A stretch of DNA of 56,666 bases, filler included, from Jimgerdemannia flammicorona (Eukaryota): assembly GCA_003990765.1 (NCBI GenBank). It is 3 parts of 3 records of this genome, joined end to end, with 100 filler letters (N's around TTAATTAATTAA, not from the genome) between each part and the next. Parts side by side here need not be neighbours in the genome. Positions count along the whole stretch, not along the records: positions 37,846 to 56,666 come from RBNJ01002103.1; 2 more parts are not named here. The stretch is one strand, 5' to 3'. Made by a program: the position numbers and the translations under genes. How positions within the stretch are numbered: position 1 is the stretch's first letter; each line of letters starts with the position of its first letter. This document shows positions 50,368-56,666 of the stretch, one piece after another. The notes under the pieces were generated by a model. It was not told the DNA's origin, did not search any database, and saw nothing but the letters and a program-made list of their open reading frames with translations.

Positions 50368-52200
50368 GGACTCATGTCCCACAGATTTTTATTGGAAGGG
50401 AACCTAGACTATATAGGCCAAAACTCTCCCCCACCACCCACCAAACACTGTCCCCCCATTAACCTAGGCTAGCTATTGTCCAGCAGCTTGACCATGCTAG
50501 GTGCAGCAGGGCCTATATTGGCCTGCACCTCATTCTGCACACTATGCTCTCTCTACCACCAGGGGAAACCCAACTATATGCCAATGACCAAAAGCGCATG
50601 CCTGAGAACCCAACGTATGTACAAGGCCATGCCCAAGCTAAATAGAATAGCCCCTGCCACCCAAAGAGAATGACAGGCAAAGAAAAACTCTCATCAAAGC
50701 ACAATATGGTGGGTAGGGCCTGGTTCTCCCAGTTGAGGTGAGTAAAGGACTTACACATGAGGCAGGAGGAAACCCCCAATATCCCACTACTCAAGCCTGC
50801 AGACCTCGATCACATTGCCATATCAGCTCCTAGTTCCAGTTGAGTGCAGCCAAGATGCCTGAAATGGGTAGCCTTGGGCCCCCTGACCCCCTCTGATGAC
50901 TGGGGCCCAATCCTGCTGACCACCAAAAGAAGCCGAGAGTGACACCTATCACCTAACTACACCGCACCTATCAAAAGGCCCCACCAAAGCCAGCTCTGAT
51001 GACCACCCCCAGCCTGGTATCCCACTGGTTCACCATAATCACCCTTTCTTCTATCTGTGATGACCATCTCCCCTCTCATCCCAACATCACTCAAAAAACA
51101 GTCACCTATGCCAGAACCATGCTTGCCAGGAAGCTCACCAAAGCCAGAGGGCCCCACCACAGGTACTGAGGACCTGCAGATAACCTATACTGAGCACTTG
51201 ATGCCCAAGGTTGGCCAACTCTCTACATAGCCTGAGACATACTGAGACAACACCTTGTTGGTGATGACAAAAGGAAGAAGGTGCTGCACCAAAACAGATG
51301 CACTCCAGATGCAGCCAAAGACACCAGAAACTACAAAAAAGTGGAGAAGATACTGATTGGACACTAATAAAGGGGCAACTCATCACCATTGCCCTCCTCC
51401 CACTATACCCATACAAGTATAGTAAACCAACCCGAGGTAGAGGGGATAATAATAGGGGAAAGGAGACTTGGAAGATTGCCTACCAAACCTTGTGACCAGT
51501 AAGGTAGCAGAGAAAGGAGCTATTGCTTGCAGACTACTTTATCTTAGATTCCAAACAAATGTACTTTATAAGTACTAAGATAATATACTTTGCCAATCTA
51601 TTGATCAGAATGAGGCTTATAGACATTTTGAGCTCAGTCATAACTATAATAGGCAACTGCATTAATACTGTAGAATGATATCTTACCTTATAGTATAGAA
51701 TAATTCTGGTCAATAAGTTTCCTTTGTTCTTTTGCCAATTTGATATTTTTGTTATAATAATTTCATTCTAGCTTGGCTTTAGCAAGATGCTCTTTATATC
51801 TCTTGAGCCTCTTCTTCTTTATAAGCTTTGAATTGTAAATCATTCTGCAAATATTAACAGATATCATATAAGTCAGTTTGAGGACTCATAATTTAGATAT
51901 ATAGAGTTAGCTGATGCTACAATTTGCGAAAGGCATCATATTTTAGGGCACATAGAGTACTATCTTCCAGGCTGGCTAAAAAGTCATAATGAATAGATTT
52001 AAAGCTCATTTCTACTGATAATTATTGATTGTCATATGATTAATATTTCTCACTGGACTAGATAGCCTATGAACTTCAGTATAATTTAAAAGAAAATTCT
52101 TAACAGTAGTAGCAATATTCTAGTTGATCACTATTTTAGTTTTTCACTGAGACATTCTTTTGGTATTGCTATGGAGCTGTGATAAAAGGCTATTTTTCAT
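49570..52200 (-). pseudogene. Degenerate Sola-like DDE transposase, split by retroposon S4 and cut by LINE C
   Basis: YSYD*AQNV.KPHSDQ.IGKVYY...KVHLFGI...QINYILDENE..GKG.NS; NN.G.QNKNN; ELNFIVLNNTKFKCDSSFGLIK, matching degenerate DNCxGQNKN and GHTKFxxDxxFG motifs. Superfamily name is from motif recall. Confidence 0.7.
50321..51522 (-). mobile_element. Non-autonomous ~1.15-kb retroposon, copy S4 (best preserved)
   Basis: 44-nt poly(A) seen as T at 50321-50364, with AATAAA. Perfect 14-bp TSD TTGCTTGCAGACTA at 50307-50320 and 51523-51536. No convincing ORF. Confidence 0.92.
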
Positions 52201-55200
52201 TTGAAGTTTGGGAGGAAGTCTGGGAGGATTTACCTTCACCTTCTCCTCTTATTAGGAGGGAACTAGCTACAAGGGCTGGGTGGCAGAGGATATGCCTATG
52301 TGTGGTGCCCAGAAGGTACACTTTGGAGTTCTGGATGTAGAGAAAGGGGAACTGGTGGTGGCTGCTGGTAAAGAGAAATTAGTGGATGCCCTGAAGGAGA
52401 GGTGGAATGAGTCTACAAGTGCAGGGGCTGATACCACAATGCTGGATAGAGGAAGGCCAGTAACTCTAGGGAGAAAGAAGGTAGGGAACCTACTATAGGT
52501 GTATTAGATGATAAATAACTTGGTGGCTGAAGAGTTTGAGGAAGTGGACCTCAGAGTGATAAGTGATGAGCATTGGACAAGGATCCTGCAGGGTGATAGA
52601 GTGGTGGTGGCATTGAAGGCAGAAATACTTACAGTATACTTAGAGGAAGAAGGGTATGAGATTGATAAGGAGAGTGAGGCTGAGCTGGCAGTTGTTGCTG
52701 GTAAGTGAGCCACCTACTGTTAGGCTAAGTATCATGGATTACAGCTCTGGTAGGAGGTCTACCTGGAGTATCATGAAGATTTTGAGGAAAAGGAGGATAG
52801 AGAGTTAACTGAGATACTGGTTGGATTGGAGGCTAAGAGGGCTGAAGAGGAGGAGGTATCTGCTGAACACAATCTTGATATAGTATAGGAGGTGATGAAT
52901 ATAGAGTAGTAGAGGATATACTTGAATTTATATGATATTTCTTATAAACAGTACAACTAATATTTTTTCTTTGAATATGAATAGGCTATGGGATTCATCT
53001 CAGTATAGGAACATTTTTACTTAGCTGAAGGAATTGGAGGCCAATCTCTTTCTGTTGCAGAATATCAGATGTAAGGATAATTTGGATAGGCTGAAATAGA
53101 TGAAGGAATGGGGAGGTGAAGCAGTTTGGGTGAATAAGGTTGGGATTCTGATTTGGAGAGGTAGAGGAGAGATACAAGATGTGAGGAGCTAGAGAGATAG
53201 GCTGGTTTGGAGAGAGTGGATATGAACTAGTTGAGAGCCAGTTATAGTGGAGTCCTGCTACTGCCCTGCTGTATGGAGAGAGTATGTAGATTGAGTAAAG
53301 GGTCTTCAGGAGAGTGGGGCCCTTGTGGAGGCTGGAGTGGATATACTTGGTGGGGGCTTCAATATGGTCAGAGATGTGCAGATAGATAGAACAGATAGAG
53401 GGTGGGGGGTGGAGGGTAGGAGTGGAGAACTGGAGATGTGGGAGGATGTAGAAAGATTAAGTGCTCTGGTGGATACTGGCAGAGGGTACTGGAGTAATAG
53501 AAGAGTGTATACATATTGGGCAGATGGCCTGGAAATGAGGATTAATTGGATACTGATAGCAAGCTGCTGGGGTTTGGATGTTTGGAAGTCACTGGAGGCT
53601 GAGTGGTATCTGTGGTCTAATCATTGAGGGCTTTTAGGACAGGGTCTTCTTGGGGGAAGTAGGGATGGATCTGGATATTGGTGCCTCAATTTCTCATTGT
53701 TGGACAATATGGTGCTGTAGGACAAGTGGGCTGAGGACATTCAGCAAAAGGTAGAGAGCTGGATACAGAAAGGTACCCCAATTGGTGTCTGGTGGATGAG
53801 GATGAAAGAGGCTACTAGGGCCTACTGGAGTGAGGCTAGCAAGATGACTGAAAGATAGAGAAAGTGAAGAGTGAGATGGGCCTCTGCTAGACTGGCCAGT
53901 CTTCTGGAAGTTTGGACAGATTTGATAGCACAGAAGGGGGGGGGAGAACTAGAGACTTATGCAAGTAAAAATAGAGGTTGAGAATTACAACTAGTGTTGT
54001 GGGAAGAGGAGGAGATATGGGTGCAGAGTTTGGCAGCAAGATTACATTGGTAGGGACTGGAAGAAGGAGAAAGGTCTTCTAAGTATCTCACAAGAGCCCT
54101 TCAGGCAAAGAGGGTAAAGCAGAGGTGGGAAGGAGTACTAGATTCTGATGGACTACTAGTATATGACATTCAAGACATTCTTGGATTGTTAAAGGAGAGA
54201 TGGAGTGGACTGTGGAGTGAGGAGGAGAGTGGGGCTGATGCTGCTACCATTGATTATACTTTAGAGGACTGGTACTCACTACAAGTAGAAGAGCTGGGTA
54301 GGTTGGTGATACTAGTATAGAAGGAAGAGATCTGTTGGGTTCTTGCTACAACTATGCTGGGCATAGCACCAGGGAAGGATGGTCTGCTCTGAGACTTCTG
54401 AAAGAAGATGGTGGGGGTCTCTAGAGTTTTGGAAGAGCTGACAGCACTATGTGACTTGATATTACAGTCAAGGAGATGGGTGAAGGAGCAGGATCTGGGG
54501 TTAGTGATACTGCTTTATAAGAATAAGAGAAGGAGGGAAGACTGAAAGAACTGGTAGCTGATCATACTGCTAGATATAGATAGAAAGTTGGTTACTAAAG
54601 TAGTGGTCACAAGACTACAGAAGGTGGCCCAGTAAGTCTGGATGAGGAGCAGTGGGCTTTATAGGAGGCCAGCTTATTAAAGATGACATGGCTTGGGTCC
54701 ATGGAGTTATTGAAGGAGCATGAGTCTGTGGACTGGATGGGTAACTAGTCTTCTTGGATCAGGAGAAGGCATATGATCAGGTATGATAGGTCTGGCTGGT
54801 GAAGGTGTTGGATAGGATTGGCATATCTCATCAGTTCTAGTCAGTGATGGTCAGCTTACTGGAAGGGAGTAGGGCTGCACTCATGTGTAATGGACATAGA
54901 GAGGTGGTGTTCCCCCTGGGCAGGAGTGTGCCCCAGGGGGATCCACTGTCCCTCATCCTGTATACTCTTTCTCTAGAGCCTTTGATGGATTGGATTAGGC
55001 AGAGGATAGTCAGGCTCTCAGTCTTTGATATTGGGTGGAAAGTTGGAGCCTTTGCAGATGATATAGTGGTTGGCTTGGAATTAATTACTGATATAGAGGA
55101 GATCAAGAAGACAGTAGAGTAGTATGAGATACACTCTGTGGCTAAACTTAATTGGTACAAGTGTGAAATGATAGTATTAGACAATGGCCTGGTGGGAGGG

Positions 55201-56666
55201 GACATCATTGGAACAATTGTCCCTACTGGAGAGGTGGTACAGTACTTGGATATCTATCTGTCAGTATATGGGTCAGTTCTACTAAGACCTTGGTAGGAGC
55301 AGAGGGTTGCAATCTGAGAGGAGGCCCTGTGGAGTTGGGGAGGACACCACTTGTCCCTGATGGGATATGTTTTAATTTTGAACACCTACTGGCTACTGAA
55401 GCTGTGGTATTTGATATATTACCTAGACTTCTCAGCCTGAGTGGTGAAGAGACTGATGAAACTGGCCAAGGGGTGGATCTGGGCCAGGAGAAGAGATCAG
55501 ATCAGCTGGGAGGTCTTATCTATACTGGTGACTAGAGGGGGCCTTAGGCTGGTTGATTTTCTGAAGAGACTGTACTGTCTGAGAGCATGGTGGCTGAAGA
55601 GAGTAGTGAAACTACAAGAGAGTAGCTGGGTTCCCCTGATACAGAAGGTCTGGGAGATGAGATCCTCACTAAGAGACTCTACAGGAGATCTACTGTCCTT
55701 GGTTGGGCTTTGGAACACTGAGCACATGCAGTATAGAGGCTTCTGGTGGGGGGTAGCAGATGGGGCTCACTACATTAGAATTCATTGGTGGGAAAATGAA
55801 GGAGAGGTGCCATGGGACCCAGTGATATGGAGATAGGACTGAGTACTATTGGGGGGTATCCCCTTGGTTGAATTTGATATTAGCAAGGGGATTGAGTGCT
55901 AGAGGGGGCTGGGACAGGATCTATGGTCCAGCGAATGGCAGCTGGTGAGTATCAGAGAGGAGTGGGACTGGATCAGAATTTGGGCCTGGAGTGCTGAGGT
56001 ATGATAGTAGATGCCACCAAAGTACTAGGTGGTCTGATGGTATATGCTACAGAGAAATGTCATGCTCAACTTCTGCTCAGGATACCTGGTCAAGGGGGGA
56101 AGTTTCAAATGTGATGAGTGCTATAATGTAGGACAGAAAGGAGGAGTTATTCAGATACCAGAATATTAACTGGGTGAGTGTGAGGTACTTAGTAACTTTT
56201 GGCTAATAGTTGGGGATCAATTGGATATCATACATAGGGGGGATGGTGAGTGAGGTCAGTGGGAGGACTTGAGGGATAGATTGGTGGGGGGGGAGTAGAA
56301 ATGGAGTGGCTTACTTTAGGTTGGGTATTGGTAGTTTGGGTGAGGTTGACAGATTACTGATTATTTGTTTTCAAGGAAAAGAGGAGCATGGGTTTGGAGG
56401 TGAGGCTGTTGTAATGACAAGGGCTAATGGAGAACATTATGATGGGCTGGTGGCTTGGTTAGGGCTTGTAGGGTGGCCAGAGACATTGCTTGATAGAGAA
56501 AATCTATAGGTAGAGTAGAGAGAGGGTTGGGGTAGTGGGTGGTAAAGTGGTCTTCAAATGTGAAAGTGTGGGAGGGGAGTTTCCCTATGGGGATTGGGTA
56601 GTGGGAGGTGATACTGTAACTATATCAATCGACTGATAATAAATGGTAAAGTCCAAATGACTATAA
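52201..56666 (+). mobile_element. L1/Tx1-like LINE, copy C (5'-truncated, heavily mutated; 3' end at window edge)
   Basis: Begins in ORF1 (EVWEEVWE...PLIRR); ORF2 ~52944-56601 includes PQGDPLS and FADD; ends AATAAATGGTAAAGTCCAAATGACTATAA like A and B. Confidence 0.93.

Overview
Eukaryotic, almost certainly fungal DNA. It carries TTAGGG-type telomere repeats, a fungal-type eIF3m and spliceosomal introns; an early-diverging Mucoromycota-like lineage is my inference only. The window is three contigs joined by artificial N44-TTAATTAATTAA-N44 linkers (18825-18924, 37746-37845), so adjacency across the linkers is not established. Most of it is nested, transition-riddled transposons. These are four copies of a G-rich L1/Tx1-like LINE, two long LTRs that carry an ORF in U3, five copies of a ~1.15-kb non-coding poly(A)/TSD retroposon, a hAT transposase relic with a related MITE, and a Sola-like transposase relic. 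Host-type sequence is limited to one intact F-box/LRR gene, a truncated NADPH-P450 reductase pseudogene, a TPR relic and an intronless eIF3m pseudogene. The most striking feature is a second, APE-type LINE family whose 3' end is AATAAA followed by telomere repeats (CCCTAA) instead of poly(A). Two near-complete copies sit head-to-tail at the contig start and abut a truncated older LINE. A third partial copy and two 3'-end relics share the same polarity, and decay increases inward. This is the layout expected of a telomere-capping or telomere-targeted retrotransposon. Repeats also show RIP-like C>T damage at both CpG and CpA.
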